Source of the DNA: an uncultured Gemmatimonadales bacterium
GTDB lineage: Bacteria > Gemmatimonadota > Gemmatimonadetes > Longimicrobiales > RSA9
Length of the DNA: 64,000 bases
Direction of reading: 5' to 3'
Assembly (NCBI GenBank): GCA_963816355.1
Contig: CAWFKH010000006.1
Location: 288,001-352,000, forward strand
Part shown: piece by piece, positions 1 to 9,164 of the stretch
Numbering within the stretch: the first letter of the stretch is position 1
How the letters are laid out: each line of letters opens with the position of its first letter
Translations under genes and position numbers: made by a program
Notes under the pieces: generated by a model
Told to the model about the DNA's origin: nothing
Seen by the model: only the letters and a program-made list of their open reading frames with translations
The model's database searches: none

Positions 1-270
1 GACCGACTTCACCAGCCGCTCGGCTATGTCGAGCTTTGGAGTTCCCGGGACTGGGTCGTCGTGCCGTGATCCGATGAAGCGATTGCGGTTGGTCTCGTCC
101 AGCTCCTCCGGCTCCACCAGCAGGAAATCCTCCACGCCGATGAAAGCGAGTTGCTGTACAATGTGACTGCCGATGCCTCCGACTCCGATGACGGCCGCCC
201 GCGTCCCCCGGATCTTCTCCTGCCCTTCAGCTCCGAAGAGCGGCATGTGTCGGGCGAAACGGTCATCCAT
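1..270 (-). CDS. ThiF/E1-like ubiquitin-activating enzyme, N-terminal part (runs off the window)
   Basis: Not in the ORF track. Manual translation from ATG 270 gives MDDRFARHMPLFGAEGQEKIRGTRAAVIGVGGIGSHIVQQLAFIGV...LDETNRNR, with the GxGGxG and DxTNxNR motifs of ThiF/MoeB/E1. Overlaps the JAB gene stop. Confidence 0.9.
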   Translation of the reverse strand, partial: MDDRFARHMPLFGAEGQEKIRGTRAAVIGVGGIGSHIVQQLAFIGVEDFLLVEPEELDETNRNRFIGSRHDDPVPGTPKLDIAERLVKSV

Positions 271-805
271 CCGAGTACCTCTCCATGTCGCTGGTCCACC
301 GTAACACAGACCGGTGCGATGCCCCCAATATTCTGCCTTCGGCCTCCACGGCCACGAGTCGCTCCGGCACGTCTGGCCGCTGCCGCCAGACGAACCCGTC
401 GAGACCTCCCGGAGATACAACCAGCGCGCTGTACGGTCGTCCCTTCAGCCGCCACCAGACATGTGGAACGAACTCCGTGAAACCATACAGGTCGCTTGGC
501 GAGAACGCGGGCGGGTCGGGCTCATCGTGCGAGTGTGCTTCGATCAGAGACGCGTCCAAGTCGTGTGCGCGCTTGATCACATACGCGCGGGTCTCGTCGC
601 TCAGTTCGAAGTGCCAGGCCGAGCAGAACGCGAATCCCTCGGGCGGCACGGCGTACCATTCGACCACACGGAACGCGCCGCCGTTGGCGCCATCGTACTG
701 GGCAAAGAGGAACGCGACCTCTTCGGTGCCACGCCCGGAATCGAGGAGGTGCGCCCAGAGGGCTTCACGGTCCGCTTCGGTGAGCGAGATCACGGGCCCC
801 GCCAT
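263..805 (-). CDS. JAB/MPN+ metallo-isopeptidase (prokaryotic)
   Basis: TEEVAFLF and EAHSHDEPDPPAFSPSD (E...HxHx7Sx2D-like). ATG 805 overlaps the E2 stop (TGATG). Confidence 0.85.
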   Translation of the reverse strand: MAGPVISLTEADREALWAHLLDSGRGTEEVAFLFAQYDGANGGAFRVVEWYAVPPEGFAFCSAWHFELSDETRAYVIKRAHDLDASLIEAHSHDEPDPPAFSPSDLYGFTEFVPHVWWRLKGRPYSALVVSPGGLDGFVWRQRPDVPERLVAVEAEGRILGASHRSVLRWTSDMERYSDG

Positions 806-1203
806 CAGGAGCCCTCCGCGAATCGGTCCCGAAACGAGCGCGACCAGTTGAAGAGGTTGGAGCCGGTACTGAGGTCGGAAGTCGCCCGCCAGCTCCCATC
901 GTGCGCCCACGAGAACATCGCCCATTCGCCCTCGAAAGGAGGCTGCGACTGCGCCTTGGCCTGGTAGCTCTGCGGCTCCTTACCATTGTGCACGAGTCCG
1001 ACAGGAACATAGAAGCCGTACGGAGGTGCACCCGGAAACCCCGTCGGGATCTGGAAGGCGGCGGCGACAGGATCCTCGTTCCAGCCGAGTCCAGTCGTCA
1101 CAGGCCAGATCCGCACCCACCGGCCCTCCGCCACGTACTCGACTTGCTCGTAGTGCCGACGTAACAGTGCCAGCTCCTGCTCGATTCGCTCGTCCATGAT
1201 CAT
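805..1203 (-). CDS. Prokaryotic E2/UBC-like protein lacking any cysteine
   Basis: FQIPTGFPGAPPYGFY matches the E2 IPxxYPxxPP motif; WAMFSW region. Lies between Ubl and JAB with TGATG coupling at both ends. Confidence 0.8.
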   Translation of the reverse strand: MIMDERIEQELALLRRHYEQVEYVAEGRWVRIWPVTTGLGWNEDPVAAAFQIPTGFPGAPPYGFYVPVGLVHNGKEPQSYQAKAQSQPPFEGEWAMFSWAHDGSWRATSDLSTGSNLFNWSRSFRDRFAEGS

Positions 1204-1463
1204 CAGCCGCGCTTGAAGCGCACCTTCTTCGAGAAGCCCATGCCGGGCTTGAGCTCGACTACCTCTCCCGGGCCGAGCGTCCGCTCGACGTTGTCCTTGT
1301 CGATCAGGATCGCGCCCTGCGACGGGTCCCAACCGCCGAGCTGGATGATCTGCTCGGTGGTGATGGTCGCGGCGTTCCAGGGGACCGGCGTCCCCTCGAT
1401 GTCGAGCGTGTACTTCGGCCCATCCCCCTGCTCAGGCTCATGTGCGCGAGCGGCTTCCGGCAT
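1203..1463 (-). CDS. Ubiquitin-like (multi-ubiquitin-domain family) protein ending in RG
   Basis: 86 aa, beta-grasp-like pattern YTLDIEG...ITTEQIIQLGG...LGPGEVVEL, C-terminus KRG, RBS GAGGAGG. Confidence 0.8.
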   Translation of the reverse strand: MPEAARAHEPEQGDGPKYTLDIEGTPVPWNAATITTEQIIQLGGWDPSQGAILIDKDNVERTLGPGEVVELKPGMGFSKKVRFKRG

Positions 1464-1485
1464 CCCGTCCTCCTCTGTTCCGTGT

Positions 1486-1534
1486 GTAAGCTACCGTCAG
1501 CGGACATAGTAGCCAAAAAAATTCAGAGTGTCAA
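1486..1534 (-). promoter_or_regulatory. Sigma70 promoter of the Ubl operon with an overlapping direct-repeat operator
   Basis: Minus strand TTGACA (1534-1529), 17 nt, TACTAT (1511-1506). GTAAGC-TACC-GTCAGC at 1486-1501. Confidence 0.7.
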
Positions 1535-2203
1535 CTGGTCAGTCGAGGCGAGGGGGAAGATGGCGTCCAGCCGGATCTCTGCGACGACCGGGTTCACGTT
1601 GAAGATGTCGGCGATTTCCAGGTACGCAGCGTGCCGCTTCTCGGCCGGCATAACACGAACTCCAAGGCCCGATTCGACGGTGAAGCCTACCAACGCCTCG
1701 ATGACGAGGAGCTTTGGAAGAAGCAATGGCCCAATCATCATGTTGGCCTGAACCTCCCACCACTTTCCGTTGTAGCGAGACCCCGCTTCGCCATCCCGGC
1801 ACAGGACCTTCTCGCCCTGAACGTCCTCCGAGCTGTCGAACAAGGATGCCTCGTATGAATCATTGAACAGAGCCCCGTGCATCAGGCCATGCCCTGCTTC
1901 GTGTGCGAGCGTCGTCCTCAGCCGACGCTCAGCCACGCGGGACGGGTCTTCGTCGAGGTGCTTCGAGACGACTATCCGGCGCACACGCCCATCCTCGAAA
2001 ACGGTGCACCCGAGTACTCCGGCCGCCAGCGGCTCGGATTCGACCGCCAGGGAAAACTGCTTCTCGACGAATCGCTCGATGCGCACCGGACCTGGAGATG
2101 TCGGCAGGAGGCCGGTCGACTCGAGCGCATCCGTAGCGAGCCGCTCAACCGCCCTGGGGGAGTAGTAGGGGCGCTTGGGGCCGGCTCCGTGCCGGGGCGT
2201 CAC
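1523..2203 (-). CDS. ImmA/IrrE (M78) metallopeptidase, CapP-like
   Basis: RLRTTLAHEAGH (HExxH) and WWEVQAN; coupled to the upstream XRE gene. Confidence 0.85.
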   Translation of the reverse strand: MTPRHGAGPKRPYYSPRAVERLATDALESTGLLPTSPGPVRIERFVEKQFSLAVESEPLAAGVLGCTVFEDGRVRRIVVSKHLDEDPSRVAERRLRTTLAHEAGHGLMHGALFNDSYEASLFDSSEDVQGEKVLCRDGEAGSRYNGKWWEVQANMMIGPLLLPKLLVIEALVGFTVESGLGVRVMPAEKRHAAYLEIADIFNVNPVVAEIRLDAIFPLASTDQLTL

Positions 2204-2550
2204 TCGGCGCCCCGATTCTTCTTCAGCCGGTCCAGCATCTTCAGCAGCTCCTCACTACTCACGTCCTCCTCTACCATCCGCCGCAACGCGAATCCGTAGG
2301 CGGGGTTCGTGTGCGACTTCCGCTTCATCTCGTCCAACGGCGGTCGCGTGTCATACTCGTCCAGCGCCTCCGAGGTCGTTCCCAAGCTGCGGGCGATCTT
2401 CTCGAGCACGTCATCGGAAGGATAGCGCTTGCCCAGTTCGATGTCGGACATGAACGCCGCAGAGACATCGACCTCTCGCGACAGTTCGCGGAGCGACATG
2501 TCCGCAGCTTCCCGGAGTTCGCGGATCCGCTCTCCTAGAGTCGTCTTCAT
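2200..2550 (-). CDS. XRE-family HTH repressor, CapH-like
   Basis: LGERIRELREAADMSLRELSREVDVSAAFMSDIELGKRYPS is a typical HTH_3; ATG at 2550. Confidence 0.9.
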   Translation of the reverse strand: MKTTLGERIRELREAADMSLRELSREVDVSAAFMSDIELGKRYPSDDVLEKIARSLGTTSEALDEYDTRPPLDEMKRKSHTNPAYGFALRRMVEEDVSSEELLKMLDRLKKNRGAE

Positions 2551-2587
2551 GTCAGCTACTGTAAGCGTACGCCATGGGGTGTGGCAA
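2551..2587 (-). promoter_or_regulatory. Probable leaderless promoter of the XRE gene with a direct-repeat operator
   Basis: TTGCCA (2587-2582), 18 nt, TACAGT (2563-2558), 7 nt, ATG. GTCAGC-TACT-GTAAGC at 2551-2566. Confidence 0.6.
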
Positions 2588-2689
2588 GTGGACTCTCCAC
2601 GCGGGCCAAACGAGACTGGTTGCGCCGGGCTGAGCGGCTCTTCCACCGTCGTGCTGTCCCCTCACCTTCCTCATAGTCCCCGGCTGAGC

Positions 2690-3019
2690 ATGTCAGGACC
2701 CGCCGAAGCCACAGACCGCCTCACCCCACCCGAGGCCGCCGCCGTCCTTCGCCTTCCCTATCCAGGCGGTTTCAACCGTGTCCGTCGCAGGCTCCAGAAG
2801 ATCTACGACCGGGCGACGAGTGGCTTGGGACAGCCGCCTCACGGGCTGACTCGGGCCCAGGAGCGCGCCTTCTCGCGCGAGCACATCCTCGTCGTGCCGG
2901 AGTGGGGCGGGGTGTCCTGGTTCGGCAGCGACTGGACCTATTCCCGACAGGCCTGCGAGGCGTGGGGCGCCGCTGAGTACCGCCGGGAAATTGGAGTCGA
3001 GCCCGCTTCCGTGGAGTAG
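2690..3019 (+). CDS. Small Xis/HTH_17-like DNA-binding protein
   Basis: RLTPPEAAAVLRL N-terminus and WTYSRQ wing-like segment; lies upstream of a recombinase. Confidence 0.5.
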   Translation: MSGPAEATDRLTPPEAAAVLRLPYPGGFNRVRRRLQKIYDRATSGLGQPPHGLTRAQERAFSREHILVVPEWGGVSWFGSDWTYSRQACEAWGAAEYRREIGVEPASVE

Positions 3020-3436
3020 CCCGCCCTTCCTTTCGGCTCCCGTCGTCCTCCCTCCGAGCGGAACTCCCGCGCTCAAGCTGTTGGGCCCCAACCAGATAGT
3101 CGCCTCCCTCCATTATCGAATCCTACCTTCCCATGCCCTTCGTCGACTCCACTACATCGCATGCGACCCTGCGCCACGCAGGAGACGCTGGGACAATGAA
3201 ATCCGCGATTCTCCCCCTGCACGCGGCCGCCACTCCAATCCGCTGTAGTCATTCCCGGGGCAGAGCCACCACAGAAAGAATGGAGCGGCGACGCTTCGAA
3301 GACCTGTCGGCACACCACTGCTTCTCGACCGGGATGCTGAGGCAGGCTGCGAAACGCTTGGACAACACGTCCAGCGGTTTCCGGCGTCCCGCGAGCAGCC
3401 CCGTAGACTGCAGCCGGATCGAATTGGAGGCCGCGG

Positions 3437-6400
3437 ATGTCTAGGCCCGGCGCGGCTCTCCGCTGGACGGATGAAGCCCTAGCCGAGCTTCGGGCGAAGC
3501 TCGAGCGGTGGGCTCAAGCTGAAACGGAGAGGAACGGATGCTTCTCAATCACGACGGCGACGGACGCGCTCCTCGAAGGGAACACGAACCGCGAACCGGT
3601 CTCATCGATCGTCAAGCAACTGGAGATCGAGGGGCTGGTCGAACGCCACGGCCGGCTGGGCTTCCGCTGGCTCGGCGTGACGCCCGGCAAGGTCCGGCGA
3701 AAGTCGAGGCCGTCTCGCTGGACTCCGGAGGCTCTAATCTCGCTCGAAACCCAGGTCTTCTCCTTCGCCACCCGGCGCACGCGAGAGCACGGCCATTTCA
3801 CCCGCGAGAATGCCGCCGAGGCACTGGAGGTCCCTGGGAACGTACTGAAGCCCATTCTGAGGCGTCTCGCGGAGAACGGCCGGGCGGAACGACTCGGCGC
3901 CTCGCTCGGCTACCGCGCCACCGGCGTGGAGGGGCCTGAGGTGAGCGCCGGACGCAAGGGCCCCGCGATCTGGACACCGGAGGCCATGACCAACCTGCGA
4001 AAGCAGGTGGAGCAACACGCCCGGGAGACGACCGTGGCACTGGGCGGATTCACCATCTCAGGGGCAACCGCCGGGCTGGTCGGGAAACGCAACAGCCAGC
4101 CTGTCGCTGCGATCGTACGGGCAATGGAGGACGAGGGTCTGGTCGGGTATCTGACGAAGGAACGTCGTTGGGTGTGGTTCGGGTTGGATCGCCCGGATCC
4201 GGAACCTGCCGAACCAGTCGTCTGGACGCCCACCAGGCTTGACCAGCTCCGCAGCGACGTCAGCGCGTACGCACAGGAGCAGTCCGCGCGCTACGGGCGA
4301 TTCACGATCGCGGGAGCCACTGAGACAATAGGGCTCGGCTACAAGGACCCGGTCTCGCGAATCGTGCACGACCTCGAACACCAGGGACGCGTGGTTGACC
4401 TGGGCGTACGACTCGGCTGGTACTGGAAGGGCGCCATGCGGCAGCGGGTGACGCTCGCGGAGCTGGTCGCTCTCTGCGTTGCCCACACTCCCCAGCTCCG
4501 GGGCGAGGCGAAGCCGCATCGGAAGCAGCGTCGGGGGCGCAAAGGCCTGGACAAGGAGCGCAACGTAAAGGAGCTGACCAAGGGCGAACTGGACCTGGTC
4601 CGCTGGGCAGCCGGAACGGTCGCCGAACACGCTGGCGAAGGCACACCGGCCAGCGTGGACAACGTGTGGTTCACCTGGGATCCGGCGGCGGATGGTGGAA
4701 CCGGGAACTGGACGATCCTGGGACATCTGCGAAAGTGGCTTCGTCATGCCACGCCAAACAGCCGAGCGAAGCAGGTTCGTGGCGCCGAGATCATGTGCGA
4801 CGTCGCTGCCACCCACGGCCTGCTCGAGCGCAGCACTCCGTCCGCGCTCCCGGCCGCCACCGCATACGCCGGCGAACTCCACACCCAAGTCGTCCACTTC
4901 GAAGGCCGGATCATGAAGGAGGACGCGCAGGCGAACCGGGCGACGGTCCGGCTGGGGCTCAAGGTTCTTGGCCGCTACCTCACCCGGATGCAGGTCCACC
5001 AATGGGATCATGAAGCCCTGCTCACGGCCCGGGAGCAGATAACGAGGGACTACCGAATCTGGCGGGACGCGGAGGAGGATTCAGCGGACCTGCGAACCGG
5101 CCTGCCGGCGCATCACCATGACGCTGCCCGGTACGTGTGGCGGCGACTCCCTGAGCTCCAGGAGCGGAAGGTCTGGTCGCTTGCTCGCGACACCCGCGTC
5201 GGGCTGTTCTCTAATCAGGCGATTGCGCGGCTCGTCGAGAGCGTGACCGCGAATCCGGCGGCTCCGAAACGGTGGGACTTCAGCGGCTTCGTGGACGATC
5301 GCGGAGAATATATGCGCGGGTTCATCGAGAGCCGGTTCGGGCTTCGCCGGTGGGTGACCTGGGTGACGTTGGAGCCATCCCAACTCGAGCACCACGGGCT
5401 GCCGCCACGCGCCTGGCCGCGGCCCAACGAAGGCCAGGAGGGCAAGATGCGGAGGGCCAGGCGACGGAAGGAGCAGTTGTTCCGTTGCCGGCCGACCACG
5501 CTGCGCTCCCGACTCGCCCGGATCTCCCTGATAGCTGGTTGGATGAGGGGGATGGGCTTCAACCCACGTTTCCATGACTTCCGCTTCATCCTCGATGATG
5601 AGCGCTTTGCGGCCTATGAGGAATGGCGGGAGACGCACCCGACCCAGTCGTCCTATGATCCCGAGACCGAGGCCGCCCGAAAGGTGAAGGGGCGCGACCA
5701 ACTCGCCCTGGACATGAGCCGGATCGCCAGCCCTTTCTGCGAGGCCGTGGCGCTGGCCCGCGGGTTCCAGGAGGTGGCCGACACGATGCAGGCTGCCGCA
5801 AAGGCCCTGAAGATCCGCGGCTATGAGCGGAAGCCGATCGAGAACGAGGTCAAGATCATCCGCGAAGTCTATCAGGCGTGGAGCGTCGGTAACCGGGACG
5901 GCTACCTCCGGCTGATAGATCTCGTCGATCTGATCCTCCAGGACGCGGCCGACCTGGAAGGCCGGAACCTGGAAGAGGCGGTCGCGGCGCTCCGTGATGG
6001 CTCCTTCACGCCTTCGTACACGTGGGCGCTTCGAATCCGGGACGCGGTGTTGATCCACTGCCTGCGGAAGATCCCGCTTCGAGCCCGCACGCTGTCATTG
6101 TTCGAGATGTCCGAGTGGCGCAATCACAGCGTCGACGGAACGCCTGTATCACGCCTGCAGAAGTGGGAGGCCGCGATCCAGTGGGTCATCGATCAGTCGA
6201 AGATGAAGACCCATCGGCGCGACTTCAGCCCGGCGTTCATCCACGAAGCAGACGTCGGCGATCCGGACGCTGAAGAGGACGCCTTCCGGATGCTGCTCGA
6301 AGCCTACTTCCGGCCGGGCGGCGCACGGGAGACCCTGCTCACGCCGAGTGAGAACGAGGCGGCGATAAAGTCCCGGTACGTGTTTCCCGCGCCGATCCGG

Positions 6401-6904
6401 TACGGAAAGAAGCAGGGCGAAAATCGGCGCTCGGAGAGCTCCTGGCGTGCGCCGTCGGTCACCGCCTGGTTCCGGCGGCTGGTCAAACGGTATGCAGGCC
6501 GGCTCGGTCTGGACTGGCATCGTCTCCGGAAGTTGCACGGCGCGACAGGTGTGCACGTGATCCGGCTCCTATTCGGATCGTACTGGGTCGGCCAGTCACG
6601 TTCGGAGATGGCATCTCTCTTCCTGGGACATACCGATCCGGGTTTCACAATCCGTCTGTACTCCGGCCGGGACGAAAGCAGCGGCGGAATAGTGCTCCGG
6701 GCGGAAGCCCGGAAGCGGCTTCCGGCCTCGTCCGCCGTACTCGAAGAACGGGACAGACTTCGGGATGAGCTCGAGCAGGAACGTGCGGCCAGGCAGTCGG
6801 CCGAAGACCGGAGCGTCCTTCTGGCGGAGAAGGTCTCCAGCCTCACGGAGCAGGTTGCCGAGCTGATAACGGTTATTCACGCGAAGGTAGGCGCGGCGGC
6901 CTGA
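3437..6904 (+). CDS. Very large tyrosine recombinase with four N-terminal winged-helix-like repeats and a C-terminal coiled coil
   Basis: Catalytic set R (IPLRARTL), K (KMKT), HxxR (HVIR), LGH and Y (IRLYS). Four ~70-aa repeats in aa ~10-332. RBS GGAGG. Confidence 0.8.
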   Translation: MSRPGAALRWTDEALAELRAKLERWAQAETERNGCFSITTATDALLEGNTNREPVSSIVKQLEIEGLVERHGRLGFRWLGVTPGKVRRKSRPSRWTPEALISLETQVFSFATRRTREHGHFTRENAAEALEVPGNVLKPILRRLAENGRAERLGASLGYRATGVEGPEVSAGRKGPAIWTPEAMTNLRKQVEQHARETTVALGGFTISGATAGLVGKRNSQPVAAIVRAMEDEGLVGYLTKERRWVWFGLDRPDPEPAEPVVWTPTRLDQLRSDVSAYAQEQSARYGRFTIAGATETIGLGYKDPVSRIVHDLEHQGRVVDLGVRLGWYWKGAMRQRVTLAELVALCVAHTPQLRGEAKPHRKQRRGRKGLDKERNVKELTKGELDLVRWAAGTVAEHAGEGTPASVDNVWFTWDPAADGGTGNWTILGHLRKWLRHATPNSRAKQVRGAEIMCDVAATHGLLERSTPSALPAATAYAGELHTQVVHFEGRIMKEDAQANRATVRLGLKVLGRYLTRMQVHQWDHEALLTAREQITRDYRIWRDAEEDSADLRTGLPAHHHDAARYVWRRLPELQERKVWSLARDTRVGLFSNQAIARLVESVTANPAAPKRWDFSGFVDDRGEYMRGFIESRFGLRRWVTWVTLEPSQLEHHGLPPRAWPRPNEGQEGKMRRARRRKEQLFRCRPTTLRSRLARISLIAGWMRGMGFNPRFHDFRFILDDERFAAYEEWRETHPTQSSYDPETEAARKVKGRDQLALDMSRIASPFCEAVALARGFQEVADTMQAAAKALKIRGYERKPIENEVKIIREVYQAWSVGNRDGYLRLIDLVDLILQDAADLEGRNLEEAVAALRDGSFTPSYTWALRIRDAVLIHCLRKIPLRARTLSLFEMSEWRNHSVDGTPVSRLQKWEAAIQWVIDQSKMKTHRRDFSPAFIHEADVGDPDAEEDAFRMLLEAYFRPGGARETLLTPSENEAAIKSRYVFPAPIRYGKKQGENRRSESSWRAPSVTAWFRRLVKRYAGRLGLDWHRLRKLHGATGVHVIRLLFGSYWVGQSRSEMASLFLGHTDPGFTIRLYSGRDESSGGIVLRAEARKRLPASSAVLEERDRLRDELEQERAARQSAEDRSVLLAEKVSSLTEQVAELITVIHAKVGAAA

Positions 6905-6979
6905 GACGGGGGCGCGGAAATCGGCGAAGCCGCCGCGGCCCGGTATGGCTGTCTCCGGCAACCTGAACCCGGAGGTCAC

Positions 6980-7237
6980 ATGCCGAGCCCCAGACGGTCT
7001 GTTCTGAATGAGCTGCCCACGCCTGCTCCGCTGCCCTTTCACGCGGATAAGGATCTGCCCAACCGTCGAGTCGAGATCATGGGTCACGCCGTCGACGATG
7101 TAGTGGGCTCGTTTGTCGAGGTCGTAGTCGGCGGCGACAGCGATGCTTCTGACGGGGACGTTCTGCGCCTCGCCGCTGCCGCCCGCCGACTGTGGAAGCT
7201 CGCGTCGGACCACCGCAGAGCGCGGTGGACCCCCTGA
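6980..7237 (+). CDS. Hypothetical protein (85 aa)
   Basis: RBS GGAGG; stop overlaps the xseA ATG (TGATG). Confidence 0.55.
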   Translation: MPSPRRSVLNELPTPAPLPFHADKDLPNRRVEIMGHAVDDVVGSFVEVVVGGDSDASDGDVLRLAAAARRLWKLASDHRRARWTP

Positions 7238-8677
7238 TGGACAGGCGCACGGGGTCCGGCTCACCTCCCGCCGGCGCTGCCGCCGGGTGTTCGTCCACAC
7301 CTGTAAGTGAGAAGCTGGGGCGACGTCCGGAACGGCCTGTCCCGGTGGAACTCGCAGTGCGAGGAGCGGGGAAGGTGCTCGGGAAGAGGTTCGCGTATGA
7401 CCTTTGGTTCGAAGGCGAGCTTGTCGATCTCGTGATCGCGGCGGGTGGCCACGGATTCGGTGTCCTGCGAGGGAAGAATGCACGGATCGATGTCTACGTG
7501 GCCCCGCGGTTCATACGCAATTACGAACTGCCCCCGACTGGTTCGTTGGTGCTGGTCAGAGGCCGGTTACAGATCTGGGACCGTGGTGGCAGGTTCCAGA
7601 TCACAGCCTGCGGCCCATTGCTTCCGACGGATCTGACTGGCGCGCGGGCCGAACGAAGGAAGGCCGCCGAGCGACGATTGCGGACCGACGGCGTGCTGGA
7701 CCGCCCGAGTCGCCCCCTCCCTCGCTTCCCGGCGAAGATTGCCGTGGTGACGTCTGCCGACAGTGCCGCGATGCGAGACGTGCGTGCGACCATCGGCCGT
7801 CGAGCTCCCTGGGTCGGCATCTCGCTCCACAGCTGCGTCGTTCAGGGCCGTAGCGCCGCGGCCTCGATCGTCGCTGCGCTCGACTCCGCCGACGTCTCCG
7901 GTGCCGATCTCATTCTCCTGACGCGGGGCGGGGGCGCTCCTGATGCATTGATCCGTTCGATGACCCCGCAGTGGTCCGGCGGGTCGCGAGGTCGCAGCTG
8001 CCGATCATCGTCGCCGTCGGGCATGAGGGCGATTCCACGCTAGCCGATCGTGCCGCGGACCATGCGGCGTCGACTCCGACTGCCGCTGCGGAGGCAGCCG
8101 TACCCGACGGACAGGTCATCCGGCGCGAGGTGCTGGAACATCGCCGCCGCTTGCATGCGGCCGCCCACGCTGTCTGCTCTGCTGCGCGCGTCCGGTGCAA
8201 CCATGTCCGCGAAGCGACGCAACGGGCGGGCCGGCACCGGATCCGCCTCGAGCGTGAAAAGGTGCAGCGCGTGGCCCCCCATTCACTGAGTGCGACGCTG
8301 GTGCAGCTGCTCAGGTCTGATCGGAAACGTCTCATGCTGCTCGCGCCAGCGTTCGTCGGCTCACCACCGTTCTGGTACGTGAACAACGGCGCCGCGCATC
8401 CGCTTTGGCGCCCGATCTGATCGTAACGCATGGCGAGGCCGCGATCCGGACCGATCGGCGTCGGCTCGAGGAGATTCGCAGGGCTATTCAGGCGCTGTCG
8501 CCCGAGCATGTGCTGGCGCGCGGCTACGCTCTCGTTCTGGACATCCGCGGGCGAACTGTTCGCAGCCGCGATCAAGTCAGGCCCGGAGACGTTCTTCAGA
8601 TCCGACTGCCCGACGGCGAGGTCGCAGCCGTCGTTGCGGGTCCCTTGACCAGTGACCGCATAGGAGAGCACGAATGA
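7237..8677 (+). CDS. xseA: Exodeoxyribonuclease VII large subunit (divergent; two apparent frameshifts near 7950 and 8340-8410)
   Basis: OB-fold, IAVVTS...AAMRD, VQG, RGGG, VGHEGD...AD...STPTAAAE and C-terminal [12 protein letters not shown], spread over three ORFs. Confidence 0.85.
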
Positions 8678-8898
8678 TCGCGACAAGCAGGAATGGAAAC
8701 CGGACTCCCGTGACGGAGTTCGGTACGCACATGGCTGCGCTGGAAGGGCTCCGCCGGGAACTCGAGAGCGGGGACCTTGACCCTACGGAAGCCCTTGAAC
8801 GCTGCCGCGAGGCGGAGGCGCATTATCGCGCAGTGGATGCGATCCTCACAAGCGTCGAAAGGGAGATCGAGGACTTGCAGCGGGGAGACGAGAAGTGA
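8674..8898 (+). CDS. xseB: Exodeoxyribonuclease VII small subunit
   Basis: FGTHMAALEGLRRELESGDLDPTEALERCRE matches the XseB pattern; ATGA overlap with xseA. Confidence 0.75.
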   Translation: MIATSRNGNRTPVTEFGTHMAALEGLRRELESGDLDPTEALERCREAEAHYRAVDAILTSVEREIEDLQRGDEK

Positions 8899-9164
8899 GG
8901 CATGACCCCCGCTCGGAGGCACTCACCGCACGCGTGGAGCGTGTCGGGGTTCTCGGTCCCCCCTGGGGAGCGTGGTCAATCTGTGCTATCTGGGTTGACG
9001 CTAGCCGCTCGCCACGAGGGTCTCGCTCGGCAGGTACGGTCCGCGTAATAGGCTATGCCACAATCTCTTATCCGAAGAGGCGGTAGCGTTCCGCCTCCCA
9101 ACATCCCATTATCCACGCCAGTTGGCGGCATCCGTCGTTACGCAGACCTGAACCCCTGTCACCA

